A DNA stretch of 64,000 bases from Octopus sinensis (GCF_006345805.1 NC_042997.1:183396001-183460000), one strand, 5' to 3'; shown: positions 12,003 through 26,700, counted from the stretch's first letter. Made by a program: numbers and translations. Notes: generated by a model from the letters alone, not told the origin.

Positions 12003-13185
12003 TACAAGGGTATTAAAAAAAAACAACAGATGAATGGAATGAAGGAAGATAAAATGCCGACTAGCATGAAGGAAGTCAGGTAGGCACTGACACACTTCAA
12101 ATCCAAAAAGCAGTTGCAGGTGATTGCTTGAGGTAACAAGTGCTGCCAGACCAGAAGTGACACGCATTGCCATGGTAACCAATATTTTTGTTTTTCATCT
12201 ACAATTTGTAAAGATGGGGTTATGTAAAATGAGATATGCCTATACTTTCATGGTCACTCAAACTAGGTGCAAATGAATGACAATGAATTCAATGATAAAT
12301 TTAATAAGGGTTCACCAAGGTTTGGTTCTCAGTTGCTTCAGCAACAGTCCTCCATGCCATAAAGAGGGGTTTGTGACCAGCTGTCCATGGAACTTCTGTA
12401 TTTTGATGACCTAGTGTTATATCTGAATCTCTAGATGATTTAGAAGAAATTCTGGACATGGAAATCCTAAAATTAAGAGTTCTCAAAGTAAACTTTGCAA
12501 TGGCTAAAGTTCTAGTAAGCCGGAAAGAAAATAGAACTCTGCTGCCACCGAGAAAATAGCCATGACCCATATGCAGTAAAGGAGTAAGTAGAAATTCCAC
12601 AGAGTCGTCATCATCATCATCGTTTAACGTCCACTTTCCATGCTAGCATGGGTTGGCTGCACCAGGCTCCAATTTGATCAGGCAGAGAGTTTCTACAGCT
12701 GGATGCCCTTCCTAATACCAACCACTCTGTGAGTGTAGTGGGTGCTTTTACGTATCACCGGCATGAGGGCTAGTCAGGCATTACTGGCAATGGCCACACT
12801 CAAATGGTGTTTTTTACGTGCCACCTGCACAAGAGCCAGTCCAGCGGCACTGGCAATGACCTCGCTCGAATGTTGTTTTACGTGCCACCGACACAAGTGC
12901 CAGTGAGGCGATGCTGGTAACAATCACGCTCGAATGGTGCTTATGTTTATTGAAAACTATAGACACACAAAAGATGTATCATGAAACAGACAAGCTGACA
13001 GAAAAAACAAGCTTCATATACAACAGATGCACAAGGCTTAATAAGAATACACATAAAAGATTCAAGATACCTGGAAGGCTCCCTAAAAATAATAGCTACT
13101 GGTACTTGGGTAACCTAATTAACAGTGGAAGTGAGTGTTCTGAAAACACAGTAACCAAAGTAAGAATGGAGTAAAAAATGTTTAA

Positions 13186-14134
13186 GGAGCTACTATGCTG
13201 ATGACCTTATTCTCATAATCAACTCACTTTCCAGAGTTAGAAGAAATTTCAGGTGTGGAAGTAAAGTCTAGAATCAAAGAGCCTTAGAGTTAATGCAGTA
13301 AAAACCAAAGTCTTAGTAGGTAGGAAAGCAGACAAATCACAATTCCTTCAGGTAGGTGGCCCTGCTTGATCTGTAGAAAAGGGGTAGGTAGAAACTCCAC
13401 AAGATATACCCAGTGTAAACTACGGGCACATAAGAAGTGCAGCAATATCAGAGGAAGGTTAACAAGGAAACTAGTTTTTGTGTGTGGAAGGTGCACAGGT
13501 ACAATAAACACAAGAAATGTACATAAAATAGACTTCATCCAATGTCAGGCGGGTAAGCTAGAGGTAGTTGATAGCTCCTGTTATCTTGGTGACCGAGTCA
13601 GTAGCGGAGATGGATGCTCTGAGAGCATAGCTGCAAGAATAAGAATAGGCTGTGCAAAGTTCAGAGAGCCCCTACCTCTATTGGTAAAAAAGGACCTCTC
13701 CCTCAGAATAAAAGGCAGACTGTGTGATGCTTGTGTGTAAACAGCTATGCTACATGGCAGTGAAACATGGGCTGTGACCACCAAGGACATGAATGGCTTG
13801 AAAGAAATGAAGCTAGCATGCTTTGATGGATGTGCAATGTCAGTGCATGTACAGCAGAGTATTAGCGTCTTGAGAGAAAAGTTGGGCATAAGAAGCATTA
13901 GATGTAGTGTGCAAGATAGAGGACTGTACTGGTATGATCATATGGACAAAGACAGCTGTGTAAAGAAGTGCTGATCTCTAAGTGCAGAGGGAACCTGTGG
14001 AAGATGTAGACCCAGGAAGACATGGGAGAATGAGGTGAAGCATGAGCTTTGAATGTTGGGTCTCACGGAGGTGATGACAAGTGACTGATACCTCTTGTGA
14101 TATGCTGTGGATGAGAAGACTTGTCAGGCTAAGT
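13186..14134 (+). mobile_element. RTE-clade LINE 3' fragment (decayed)
   Basis: YADD, KTKVL, Cys/His finger, CYLGD, MLHGSETW, RPRKTW motifs; followed by the tandem 3' tail modules. Confidence 0.85.
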
Positions 14135-15959
14135 GAAATCATAGTTGTGGCCATGCTGATGTCATATAGATGGCACCTATAAAATCATAGTTGTGGCCAA
14201 TGCTGGTGCCATATAAATGGCACCTGTGAAATTTAAGTCATGGTTGTTGACGGTCCCATGTAAGAGGGGACCCTTGAATCATAGTTCTGGTTGTTGATTG
14301 TGCCATGTATATGACATCTGTGAATCATAGTTGTGGTCATTGACAGACAATGTAAATGACACCCACGAGTCATCATGGTTGTTGCCGGGGCTATGTAAAT
14401 GGCACCCATATATCAGTTGTGGTCAATGCTGGTGTCAGGTAAATGGCACCCATGCCAGTGGCACATAAAAGCACCCATTACACTCCTGAAATTGTTGGCA
14501 TTAGGAAGGGTATTCAGCCATAGAAACCATGCCAAATCAAACTGGAACCTGATACAGCTCTCTGGCTTATCAGCTCCAATAAAAACATCTAACCCATGCC
14601 AGCATGGAGAGTGGATGTTAAATGATGAGGACACGAGGTTAAATAAGGATACGCTAGTTCAAGAGCAAGAAGCCTGATACAGTGAAAGTTATCAGCCTAA
14701 CCCAGCAAATCCTACATCAACAGATAATCTTACAATTTAGTATCCTAGATTATTGAGATGACTATCATGATTAAAAAGATTGACGAGTGATATATTGGGC
14801 ATAATTCAGTTTCAATAGTAAAGGCAAAGCTTGTGACTGTAATAAAGATTTGATAATTACAATATTAAAATATGGGGGCCATCTAATTCACTATCTAGTC
14901 TCTCTACATATCCACCTAATTACAATAATTTCTTTTGCAAGCAATATCATAATAAATGTGAGTTACAATGTAATGTGGCATCTAGCCTCTCATTTAAGAA
15001 AGTTCTCTTTTGTCTTCCATTTTGGGATAATGCTCTAAAAAATGTTCCTATAGATGACAAAAGCTGAGATGGTAATGAAAACAAATGATAGGACTCATTC
15101 TTATAATTGCTATAACACCTTCATTTTACTTTGGCATGGATTAATTTTATCTTGCCCTTCATCAATGACCACCACATTATGCTGAGTATTTTTTAGTATA
15201 TTTCTTCTTAATATACCATGAATATTATTTCAAAGCAGTTCTTTGATGACTACATCATCCATTTAAATAAAATGTCCATATCAGTTCAATTCTAATGGTG
15301 AAAAGTAGTAAAAAAGTATACAGTGAGTATACTGTCATCTCCAGTTAACTTGATTAGCTATATCAAGTTTGCTATTTTGTCTAAATTAAACCTCCCCAGT
15401 TCCACACTGCTACAAGTCCTTACTTCAATTTTCACTTGTTTATTCTAGATAAAATAAATCAGTCCTTAGACATGCAGGTCATCCATAACTGATATTAGAA
15501 ACCACACAAAAGTTCATTGACACTGATCTGAACTCAAGCGATGTAAATTGCATACAATATGGACTGAAAAAGCCACACCTAGCTTTATGTCTAGGAGTCA
15601 GCAAATTTCAGGTGTATCTTGGACAAAAAAATATCTTCATGAATACTCTTTTTTGTGGTGTTGATTCAAAGTTGAATTTCAGTTCCACATCAAACAATTC
15701 AACTTCTAATAGTGGTTCAATTAATTCTAAATAAACTTAATTACCTTGACTTCATTATCTTTCTAACCCTGTCAGAATGACACCTTCCATATAACTGGAG
15801 GTAAAAGAACAGAGCCTACTTTAATGCCTTTCATATCAATCAGGTCTTTTCTCAGTATCCTGTCAATGGTATATTTAAAGAGGGTAGACCACGCTTGGTT
15901 GGTGCTTTTTATGTGCCGTGAAGCATGGCAGTTCGCACACATATATTGTACAATCTACC

Positions 15960-17598
15960 TTTCACTCTGAGCGAGAGGCCTTTTGATACCAGTAGGGGTA
16001 GGAGCTTTCTAAACTTTATCCAGATTATTCTTATTCTAGTGGTAACACTCTCTGAGCATCCACCCCCACTACAGACTTGGTCACCTAGATAGTGGAAACT
16101 ATCAACTACTTCTAGTTTCTTCCCCTGGCATGTGATGGAATCTGTATTCTGAACATCTGTGGTGTTTATTGCCCCTGTGCATCTGCCACATACAAAAGCT
16201 ATCTTCCCAGTTAATCTTCCTTTGATGTTGCTGCACCTCTTGTGTCCATAGCTTACACTGGGTACATCTTATGGAGTTTCTACCTATACCTTTTTTATAG
16301 ATCGAGCAAGGCCACCTACCCGAAGGGGTGTGTGATGTATTTGCCTTCCTACTCACTAGAACTTTGGTCTTTGCAACATTGACCCTAAGTCCCTTCGATT
16401 CTAAATCTTTCTTCCACACCTGAAATTTCTTCTCTTGTTCTGGTAGTGATTCTGCTATGAGGGCCAGGTCATCAGCATAGAGGAGCTTCCAGGGGCAACC
16501 TGTCTTGAATTCCTCTGTTATTGCCTGGAGGACTATGATGAATAAGAGGGGCTGAGGGCTGATCTTTGGTGGACCCCTACTTCTACCCGGAATTCTTCAC
16601 TATACTCATTGCTAGCCCTAACCTTACTAATGGCATCTCTGTATAGGGTTTGTACAGCCCTTATTAACCATTTGTCAATCCCCAGTTTTCACATTGCCCA
16701 CCAGATAAGAGATTGGGGGACCCTGTCAAAGGCTTTCTCCAAGTCCAGAAAAACTAAGTACAGGGGTTTATCTTTGGCTAGGTTTTTCTCCTGCAGTTGC
16801 CGTATCAAGAATATAGCCTCAGTGGTACTTCTACCTGGCACAAAACTGAACTGTATCTCATCTAAGCAGACTCTCTCCCTAATTATTTGGGCTATGACCC
16901 TCTCCATGATCTTCACCTGATCCAGCAGTTTGATACCCCTGTAGTTATTTCTTTCTAAAGCATCACCTTTACCCTTGTAGCAGTTGACTATGGTGCTGCT
17001 ATGCCAGTCATTGGGTATGACTCCATCATGAACAACCTGGTTTACAATATGGGTGACTAGGCCATAGTCCACATCACCAGATGTTTTAAGCATCTCAGCA
17101 GTGATTCCTGATAGGCCAGGGGCTTTTCTTGGCTTCATACCCTTAATTGCTTTATCTACCAGGGTGCTGTCTATTCAGATAGCTGGTCCCTCTACTGGGT
17201 CAACATTTGGTAGGCCCACTTGTGGGGCGTAGGCAGAGATAATTGTGGCTGTACTGTTCTGCAGGACTAGCCTGAGCTTAAGCACTATCGCATACCCTGA
17301 CAGCCTCTATGACCTTATCCACCCATTTTTCTGCAAGGAATATGCCTACATTCCCTACTTCATCCATGTTACTTTGCCAGAAGATTTTATACTTATGTGC
17401 CTTGCCTGTGAGGACCCTAGCTGAAGCTCCTCTCCATCTTACTTCTTGTATGCAGCATACATCGACACATCTCCTTTCAAGCATCTCTACAATCTCACTA
17501 GACCTACCTTCCAGTGTGCCTACATTGACAGTGCCAACTCTGAAAACTGGGAAAGGAATGTGGGGTGAGTCTTGGGGAGGAGAGAGGTTATTCAGCAC
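15960..17598 (-). mobile_element. RTE-clade LINE fragment (APE start joined by internal deletion to RT)
   Basis: VGTVNVGTL...CCIQEVRW (APE); KAPGLSGI, NYRGIKLL, DLEKAFDRVP, LLYADDL (RT). Confidence 0.9.
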
Positions 17599-17699
17599 CT
17601 GAATATATACACTTGATATAAACTGTTAATATTTAAAATATTTATGTAAATGGAGAAAAAGTTGCAACATTTTAAACTAGCATTAAATCTATCCAGTTG

Positions 17700-18110
17700 A
17701 GCAACTTGTTCAGACCAATGCAACTTTTTCACATTAGATGTTCTGAACTTCCACAGCAGTTTTCATATCCTCAACCTGATATCCAGTGTCTTCCACAAGT
17801 TGATCAATATATATGCTCTTCGCAGTCAGCGGATAACTGTATGTCCATGAGTGAGTTTCCAGAGAAGGAGATCACTGGATATTTCATCCTTCCTTCTCCA
17901 GCAATGTCCTGCACAATGTGTTTTTTTCTTCTGATAAAGTGATGGCAAGAAAACTGCATTACAATTGCAGCTTTGTAGGGTGTTGCTGTGAAGCATTCTT
18001 GTGTATGTACTGTCAAGCTTCTTTTCAAGTTTGTTCAGTGCCCATGCTGATATAGAGATATACTGACTCAACTTTGAAGAAAGTCCTCTTCAGGTTGTCA
18101 AGAAGAGATC
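17700..18110 (-). pseudogene. Old non-LTR retrotransposon C-terminal relic
   Basis: WALNKLEKKLDSTYTRML and AGHCWR...LLLW resemble RTE/RTE-X ORF2 C-termini. Confidence 0.55.
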
Positions 18111-18329
18111 TTAAAAAAATCTTTTGAAATGAAATTCAAAGAGTTACCTTACATACAATAAATTCAAATGCTGTTTAGGTGTGGTTTGGTAAGGAATGAC
18201 TTTTTGACGCGCTATCTTTATTTTCTACGATATTAATTTCTAAGTTTGATCAAACTAATGGGTGCCACTAACTTTTTTGACCTAATCTCCACTTACCATC
18301 GAGTGATATTTTCTCACCTAAATTTTCAG

Positions 18330-19277
18330 AAAGCTTCTACTCCTACTGGTGACAAAGGGCCTCTCGCTTAGAGTGAAAGGTAAATGGTATGATGCATGTG
18401 TGCGAACTGCCATGCTTCACAGCAGTAAAACATGGGCTGTGACTGCTGAAGACATACATAGGTCTGAAAGAAATGAAGCTATCATGATTCGCTGGATGTG
18501 TAATGTCAGTGTGTACACACAACAGAGTATAAGTGTCCTGAGAGAAATGTTAGACATAAAAAGCATTGGATGTGGTATACGATAGAGATGTTTGCGTTGG
18601 TACGGTCATGTACTGTGAATGGACGAGGACAGCTGTGGGAAGAAGTACCACTCCCAAACAGTGGAAGGAATCCAGGGTAGAGGGAGACCCAGGAAGATAT
18701 GGGATAAGGTGGTGAAGCATGACCATCGAACGTTGGGCCTCACAGAGGCAATGACAAAAGACCGAGACCTCTGGAGGTATGCTGTGACTGAGAAGACCTG
18801 GTGAGCCCACAGCTGTAACCTACACCAGTGTCGCATAACCAGCCCACTCAAAAGTACCTTGGATCGTGGGGTGACATGCCGTGCTTGAGGAGACCTACTG
18901 AGTCAAGTACATCAACATCAGCAATATCAAAATCAAATCAAATGGAAATTGTAGTTGTGAGCCCCGTGGTGGTAGCACATAAAAAGCACCATCCAAACAT
19001 GGCCGATGCCAGTGCTGCTTTGACTGGCTTCCATGCTGGTGGCATGTAAAAAGCACCATCCGATCCTGGTCGATGCCAGCTCCTCTGGCTCCTGTGCTGG
19101 TGGCACGTAAAAAGCACCCACTACACTCTTGGAGTGGTTGGCATTAGGAAGGGCATCCAGCTGTAGAAACACTGCCAGATCAGATTGGAGCCTGGTGCAG
19201 CATCCTGGCTTCCCAGAGCCCAGTCGAATCGTCCAACCCATGCCAGCATGGAAAATGGATGTTAAACGATGATGATG
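18330..19277 (+). mobile_element. RTE LINE 3' end with 3' UTR and (GAT)n tail
   Basis: YDACVRTAMLH, RGRPRKIW motifs, then GGTGGCACGTAAAAAGCACC modules and the CCAACCCATGC...GTTAAACGATGATGAT terminus. Confidence 0.85.
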
Positions 19278-22190
19278 TGGTCATTCCTATCCCATGTTCA
19301 CACCAATATTATTTCATCCAGTGTACTGGGCCTACCAGTGTAGTCCCTACTTTGTTCATGCTTTTATTCTAACAAGTAACTTGTCACTATTTAACTAAAC
19401 ATTAACCACATTAATTTCATAGCTATGCATACATTTGCCAAACTGGGAGGATTTATCCAGCTGTAGAAACTCTGCCAGATCAGATTGGAGCCTGGTGCAG
19501 CCATCTGGTTCGCCAGACCTCAGTCAAATCATCCAACTCATGCTACCATGGAAAGCAGACGTTAAACGATGAATCTGAGAACAGTGTCAACAAAAAAGAC
19601 TTCTTGGCTAAATTAAATTCAGTTTGTTTAAGTTCACAATGCAATTCCATTAGATGACTGCTCAGATCTCACTAGCATCATGCATCATTTAGGCAGGGAG
19701 TGATCTTAGGGGTTTCCTCCAGAAACACTTCCTCTCTCTAGATGCTATCATCTATGGACAATTACCTCTCATATCTGCCAATTTTTTTTTTTTTTAAATC
19801 AAATATTGAGCTTCATTAAATCATTAGATTCTCTAAATCTTTTCCAATAATTCAGCACACTTGTCTATTTTCCACTCTTGTGGTTGGAGGTGTATATGTA
19901 GTTTGTTGGACAGCCTTGAATGATCTTTTCAATTCACATGGTTATAACAGCTGAGCTGGGGTTTTTAAAAAATTTTTTATTAATTAGTAGTATTATCTTT
20001 TATTAGTTCAGAAATGGCTTGCTGAAAAGCAAGTTTGTTGAATGCAGTCATTCTGCCATACTCTATGCAGACCATTTGAAAAACTTCCAAATAGTTCTGG
20101 AGTAATGTCCAAGATTCTGAACCCTATACAGAGGACTGGTAAGTGCAGATAATAATAATAAAGAGATGCCCTGCTGTGTACAACAGAATTAAAGAAATCA
20201 AGGCTGAGGAATCAGTAGTAGGTTTTAAATGCAGTGACTAGTTACCATTCTACTTCCACCTAAAGGTGTCACCGAAAATTTTACTCAGGCAAACACAAAA
20301 ATATATTTTATATATATATATTACAATTATATATATTAAAAAAATTAAAGAATTTTACTGACACACGCAATATCTTACCCATACACACTTTAAAACTTTA
20401 GTTTCAGAAGTAAAAGTCCGTTAATATTAAATAAAACTTGTAAATGATATATATTTATTAATCAACCAACTTATGAATTTTACCACACTCGTACAATATT
20501 ACATACATTCATTACACACATATATAACGTAAAATGTCAAATCGGATTTAAAATATTAAAAGCTAATAGATTTCATTTGATTTTATATATAATTTCTGGC
20601 TCATATAGTGAGATTTTAAATAATAGTTCAGCTTGAACCGACCATAGATGGAGGCAAAGAAGAAGGGATATTACTCTTTCTGAATCCGAAAATTACTTTT
20701 AAAATATATAACTACATGCGTGTGTGTTCTATACTTAGGCTAATTTAAACGTGTTTACATTTTTATCATTATTACAGACGTTGAAACAATTAACACTGAA
20801 AAGATAAAAAATATTTAAATTAGGGAACAGAGAGCTATACTTTTATTCTTAATATTTAAAGTTTTTATAAATGTGAAAGACGCCGAGATGGAATATTTGC
20901 CAAAGCGATAAGTTGAAGAAAACTAAAATGGAAACAGTAGAAATAAATTGATAAACCAAGTTTAATCCAAAGAATATAGTATTTTCTTAGTGATTTAAAT
21001 TGCTATAATTAAAATTTCTGGTCATTTGAAACTGGTTGGATAAATGGTATTCTTTCAATGCATTTCCTCTTCCGACCGGCGTGAAAAAAAAGAAAGAAAA
21101 AAAACAGCCGTCCAAATTTCGAAGAATTTATATTAAAATGATTATTCAAATATTTCATTCATACATTAGAAATATAAAAATTAACAATTCCCGAATATTT
21201 TAAACATTTCTTGCCTTGGATTTTAAAAGTAAATTTAAACGAAGTCTTGCTTCTTTTCTTAAAAACGGAAAGGAAAAAAAGGCTAAATCGACTTTGGAAA
21301 TGTCTTTTTATATCTATAACTGATATATGAATTATTTCCATATCAAATAGCTGTTCGGGGGTTTCAGATCTATTTCTAAATATTTAAGATGAAGTTATTA
21401 CCTATACTTTCAAATTTGTTTAATACAAGCTTTCTTTTTAAATATTTTACACGTCAAGTTAGACTGCAAAGGTACCAAAACGTAACATCATCATGTTACA
21501 AAACTTTAAAATACATTGGAGTTTATCTCGAATTTACCATGCCATCAAACTGAATTTGTAAGCAAATTCTACATAAAACGTGTTTATTTTCAGCTTTGAA
21601 CTGAAGTGCTTAAAAAGTTTTTAAAATTTGCAAGCTTCTGATAAAATTGAATATCGCCCACAAATATCTAGGAAACTGAAAGAAGGGCTGAAGAAAACCT
21701 AAAAAACGAAAAGAATTGGTGAAAAACATTTTTTCCTTACAAAAAATGTTATCCAAATAGTTATAAAATATAACTGTTTATATTCACAATAAAAGAATAA
21801 AAAGAAATAGTTCTATTTCGAATCTGAAGCGAGAGTTGCAGGAAGGAATTTAAAAAAAAAAAGCCAAATGATTTAATACTAAAAAACAAAAAAAACCTTT
21901 TAGATAATCATCTAAGTAAGGAACATTTAAATTAGATATTTAGCTATTTCATTCTTTTATTTTCTAGTTAGTAATTAATTTTTGTTTTGCAATTAATATA
22001 GCAGATATCGGGAAATATACGTATGGAAGGGCTAATAGAAACTTCGGACCAAAACAAACAGAGCAAAATGCAAAAAAAAAAAAAAAAAGTAACCCATATG
22101 ATCAGGGAAAGAGAAAAGCTGAAAGATAGAAATATTAGAAAAACAAGTATGCAACTTAAAATCTTTAAATTAATAAAGAACATTTCTTAC

Positions 22191-22292
22191 CTCTGCCAAA
22201 CGGGTATATCCATGTCCAGAATACTGAGACTCAACTATTGAATGGAACAAAGATATTTTGTTAGTCCGTTTACAACGGAGTTGTATTGGCAT
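22191..22292 (-). CDS. TRPC4AP: TRPC4AP coding exon 1 (MPIQLRCKRTNKISLFHSIVESQYSGHGYTRLAE)
   Basis: ATG at 22292, 102 nt, GTAAG donor, phase 0 into exon 2; loosely resembles the TRPC4AP N-terminal NILLQLRQGQLTGRG segment as recalled; lies in a CpG-retaining region. Confidence 0.75.
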
Positions 22293-23100
22293 GATTCGAT
22301 GGACAGTAACTTTACTCTTCGGTTTCCGTTTTGGTGAAGACACTCAAAAGTATCAACTAATTATAGTAAATGCTACATAAACACTTTAATGTTTGGTCGA
22401 TACCTTAGCAAATTAGAAACTTGTACAGGTGCTTTCATTACATATTTCACTGAGGCCGCTTAAATACACTCTAAATTAAATGAAAAATAACAACAAATGA
22501 CAAGAACAACAACAAAATCTCACATGTGAGATTTACACGGAACAGAAAGAAGTTATATATTGAGTAAAGAGAGAGTGGATGAAGAGAGAGATAACTGCAG
22601 GAGCACCCCTTCCTTTTCAATATTTATTCTCTTCCATCAGCAGTAATTTATTGAAAATTACCGAATGAAATTAATTTTCTTTCATGGTGAAATTCCAACC
22701 CAAAAGACATTCCCGGAACAATTTTTATTTTCATCACTAAACAATGTTTATTTTCTTGTCAAGCAAGAAAATGCCATGCGCCAATATTTACTCATAAGAC
22801 TCATTAGCCGAGTTTAAATTGTGGAAACATATCTCACAGAAAATTGATATGCATAATTAAATGGGGGTTTTTTCCTGATTACATCGCCCTGGTTATTAAA
22901 TAAAATAAAATACAAAATATTAAACCGACAAAAATTGTCATTGTTTATTTTAAGTAGCATAAGCGACTTTTACAGTTTATCGATTTTCGTATGGCGTCTA
23001 ACAATATTTTCCCCAAAACAACGCCACATTTGGAAGCGCTTGATATAACCAAATTTTCGATTATTTTGCAATTTAGCGACAAATCTCATTAGTATTCATA
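22293..23100 (-). promoter_or_regulatory. Probable TRPC4AP 5' UTR/promoter region
   Basis: No recognisable repeats; CpG-retaining stretch immediately upstream of the first coding exon; TSS not determinable. Confidence 0.4.
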
Positions 23101-23394
23101 ATTAAAGAGAAATTTTTTATTGTAGTTCTTATTTATAATCTCTCTTCCATTTTCATTGTGTGTGTGTATACATATAGGTTTCGTGATGCAAACAGGAAAA
23201 ATAGAGCTCAAAACATGAGAGTATATATATTTACTAGTATTTAACAGAAACATCAGAGTGACTCAAGGGCCGAGAGCTTCGTTCATTAGCACTAGTTTGA
23301 TAAGTGCTAACGCACGAAACTTTCGGTTCTTGTGTTTCTCTGTTGGTTTTGCTAAGTGTGTGTGTTATATTTATGTTTATATATGCACGTGTGT

Positions 23395-23432
23395 GTTTGT
23401 GTGTGTGTATATATATATATATAAATAAAATA

Positions 23433-23517
<85 letters not shown>

Positions 23518-23534
23518 CATATATATATAACACC

Positions 23535-23565
<31 letters not shown>

Positions 23566-23607
23566 ATATATATATATATATACATATAATAATATATATA
23601 TATATAC

Positions 23608-23703
<96 letters not shown>

Positions 23704-23750
23704 TATATATATACACATATATATATATACACATATATATATATATATAC
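23395..23750. repeat. (TA)n-rich microsatellite
   Basis: Direct. Other large tracts at 26930-27500, 30740-30916, 43460-43600, 57356-57400; (TATG)n at 39306-39362; (GAT)n at 36427-36459. Confidence 0.95.
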
Positions 23751-26700
23751 TTTGATACTTTGATAGGTTTCGGCCATTATTGGCCCAGGCCATGTCTAAC
23801 TTAATAGCACCACCTGGTGAAGTCTTTCAAGTCAGAATTTGGGCACTATGGCCCACTCAAGTAGAGAGTTATTGTTTACAGAGACATATCCGGGTGTAGG
23901 GGTTTATCCGGGATTTCTTGAAGGAATCTGTCCAAAGACTTCTGAACCCTATAGGGTCAGTTTGTTTTAATGTGTTTTTTTGGTGTAATGTTAAAGAGAG
24001 CGGGGCCAATTGAGGTGAAATAATTGTGCCGTATTGTTGTTATGAGATGAGAGTGCGATTTTTGTTTTGGGCGGATGGCACGGTGCCCAAGCCTTGGATG
24101 TACCTTAAAGGTGATGCCAACATCATTTGGCAATGCTGATGGAATATTTTCCACATCATGCAGATGATGTAGCGCTCACGACGACGTTGGAGAGAATAGA
24201 GTTTTAGCTTTTCTAGTCGACCCCAATAGTCAAGGCCTGTCATGCCATCTATCTTTTTTGTGATTGCCCTTTGAGGTGCTTCAACTTTTATGATACCTTG
24301 TATTGTGTGGGAGACCACAGTGGACAACAGTATTCAAGGTGGGGTCGGGCAAAAGTGGAGAAGAGAAGGATAATGGTGTGGATATCTCTCGACTGGAAAG
24401 TTCTGAGAATCCAGGAACACATTCTGCGGGCCATGTCAACTTTGGTGTTTATATGAGTGGCCCAGCTTACGTTGTTGTCCACAATTACTCCCAGGTCTCT
24501 GATGTTGTTGGACGCCGCGAGAGTTTCACCTGAAGGAAGGGAGTATGGGAGTTTCAGGGCATCCTCTTTTCCAAAGTGGATTAGCTCAAATTTATCCTCG
24601 TTCAGCAGCATATTGTTTTTTTCTCTGCGCATTGGATAACAGCCAGTAGATCTGACTGAAGGCATGTCCGGTCACTCGCCTCATTTATGACCTTCTGTAG
24701 CTTGGAGTCATCTGCAAAGATTTTTATGTTGCTGTGCTTGATGATGTCATTAATGTCATTAATGTAAATGATGAAAAGAAGTGGGCCCAGCACAGTGCCT
24801 TGCGGAACGCCACTACTGACTTTGGCTGGGCTTGATTTTACCCCTTCAACTACAACATGTTGAGATCTGTCTGTCAGGAAACACTTAATCCATTTCAGTA
24901 ACTTTCCAGAGACACCAATGTTGGATAGTTTTTTCAATAGGATCTTGTGATCGACCCTGTCGAAGGCCTAACTGAAATCAAGGTAGATGACATCGGTGTT
25001 GGAGCCCTCTCCCAAAGCTCTCAAAATGTCCTCAAAGTGATGCAGGAGCTGCGTTAGGTAGTCCCTTCCATTACGGAACCCATGTTGGTTGGAGATCAGC
25101 CGTCTGTTGCTTTCCAGAAATTGGGTTATTCGAGATCTCACCACCCTCTCAAATACCTTGATGATATGAGAGGTGAGTGAGATCGGACGGTAATTCACTG
25201 CAAGGGACTTGTTTCCCTTTTTGAAAACTGCGACAACAGACTGGGACAGAAGGTTTTTTGGAATATAGCCAGCATCCAGTGAGTTTCTCCACAGATTAGC
25301 AAGGGGAGATGCAAGTTGGTGTCGACACACCTTCAGGACACAAGCAGGGAACCTATCGGGGCCTACTGCTGAATTGTGTTTTATTTCGTTTATCGCCGCT
25401 AAGACATCAGGGGCACTAAACGTTATGTCCGATATAGTGTGTTGGGGGTTGACATCACTGATACAGCCCAGATCGGCCATATCAGGATTGCTGAAAACAG
25501 AGCAGTATTGTTTCTGCAGTATCTCGGCCATGGATTTGGCATTATCTTGGAGAGTGCCAGTTTCGTCAATTAGAGGGCCTACAGTGGAGACAGTGACCCT
25601 GCGTTTCCTCGCAAATGAAAAGAACACTTTGGGGTTGAGTTTGATTTTTTCAATGGCCCACTTCTCCTCAGCTGATCTTTGGTTATTGATGAGGGTCTTC
25701 ATGCATTGTTGGAGGTTATATTTTTTGGATTCAAGCAGTGCGATAGCCGTCGAATGTGTGTGTTGCTGTTGGCAGTACTTTAGTTTGTTAATTTTTTTGT
25801 TTGTTCTTTTTATTTTTCTGATAATGGTTTTTCTGTTTTGGGGGATTCTGCACTTTTTGTTCACAGGTCTTGGTGGGGAGTGTTTTGCACATATGTCTGT
25901 GACGGTGTCTACAAAATCTGCCAAGATGTTTTATGGTTGGTGGAGATGTGTGTATGTGTAAAGGACCAGTCAACATTTGATAGCTCGTTCCTGATTGCAT
26001 CCCAGTTGGCTTTATGGAGATCCATGTTGTCAAATGGGTGGGCTGGAGGAAGGTCACTAGGATTAGCTTTCGGCTGGTGGAATTTCATGTTACAGAGAAC
26101 CATGTCATGGTCTGAAAGAAGGGTTTTTTCCACTGTAACGTTATGTATAGTGTTAGTGGTTACTAAACACTAGGTCCAAAATGTTCTGATGTCTTGTTGG
26201 TGCAAGGACAAGTTGGGACAAGAAAAACTCATTCGTAAAGTCGAAAAGTGACTCTGCTGCTTCTTTGTCAGCGGTTGAGGCGGGAGTGCTTGGTTTCAAA
26301 CAGTTTGTAGTCCAGTCAACACAGGGTAGATTGAAGTCTCCCATCATGAGTATGTTGCTAGAATGGCACTGTTGAATAAAGCACTTAATACTGTTGAGGC
26401 ATTCTTTAAAGCACAGTATGGGTGTTTGGGGCGGCCTATAGAGCCCAATTACTGTCAGGTCATTGGCTTTGTTGTGCACGGTGACTGATTCACAGTAGCC
26501 GTTGGAGAATATACTATTTCCATCTGCCGTAAATGAATCATGCAGGAAAATGGCAGTTTCACCCTTCCTCCTGCCGATACGATCCGCGCGGATGGTTGTG
26601 AAATTCTTCACTCTCACTTCGGCTTCCAAGTGGGAGTTGTCAAGGTGGGTCTCAGTGAGAATGAAGAAAGGGATGTGGTGTGAATGGTTACCAACCCAGT

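Noticed and set aside
23234-23804. Long IY/YI-repeat ORFs (also ~30681-31012, 43419-43702, 57316-57567)
   Set aside because: Translations of (TA)n microsatellites, which lack stop codons.
25374-25961. 195-aa plus-strand ORF
   Set aside because: Antisense shadow of the LINE ORF2.
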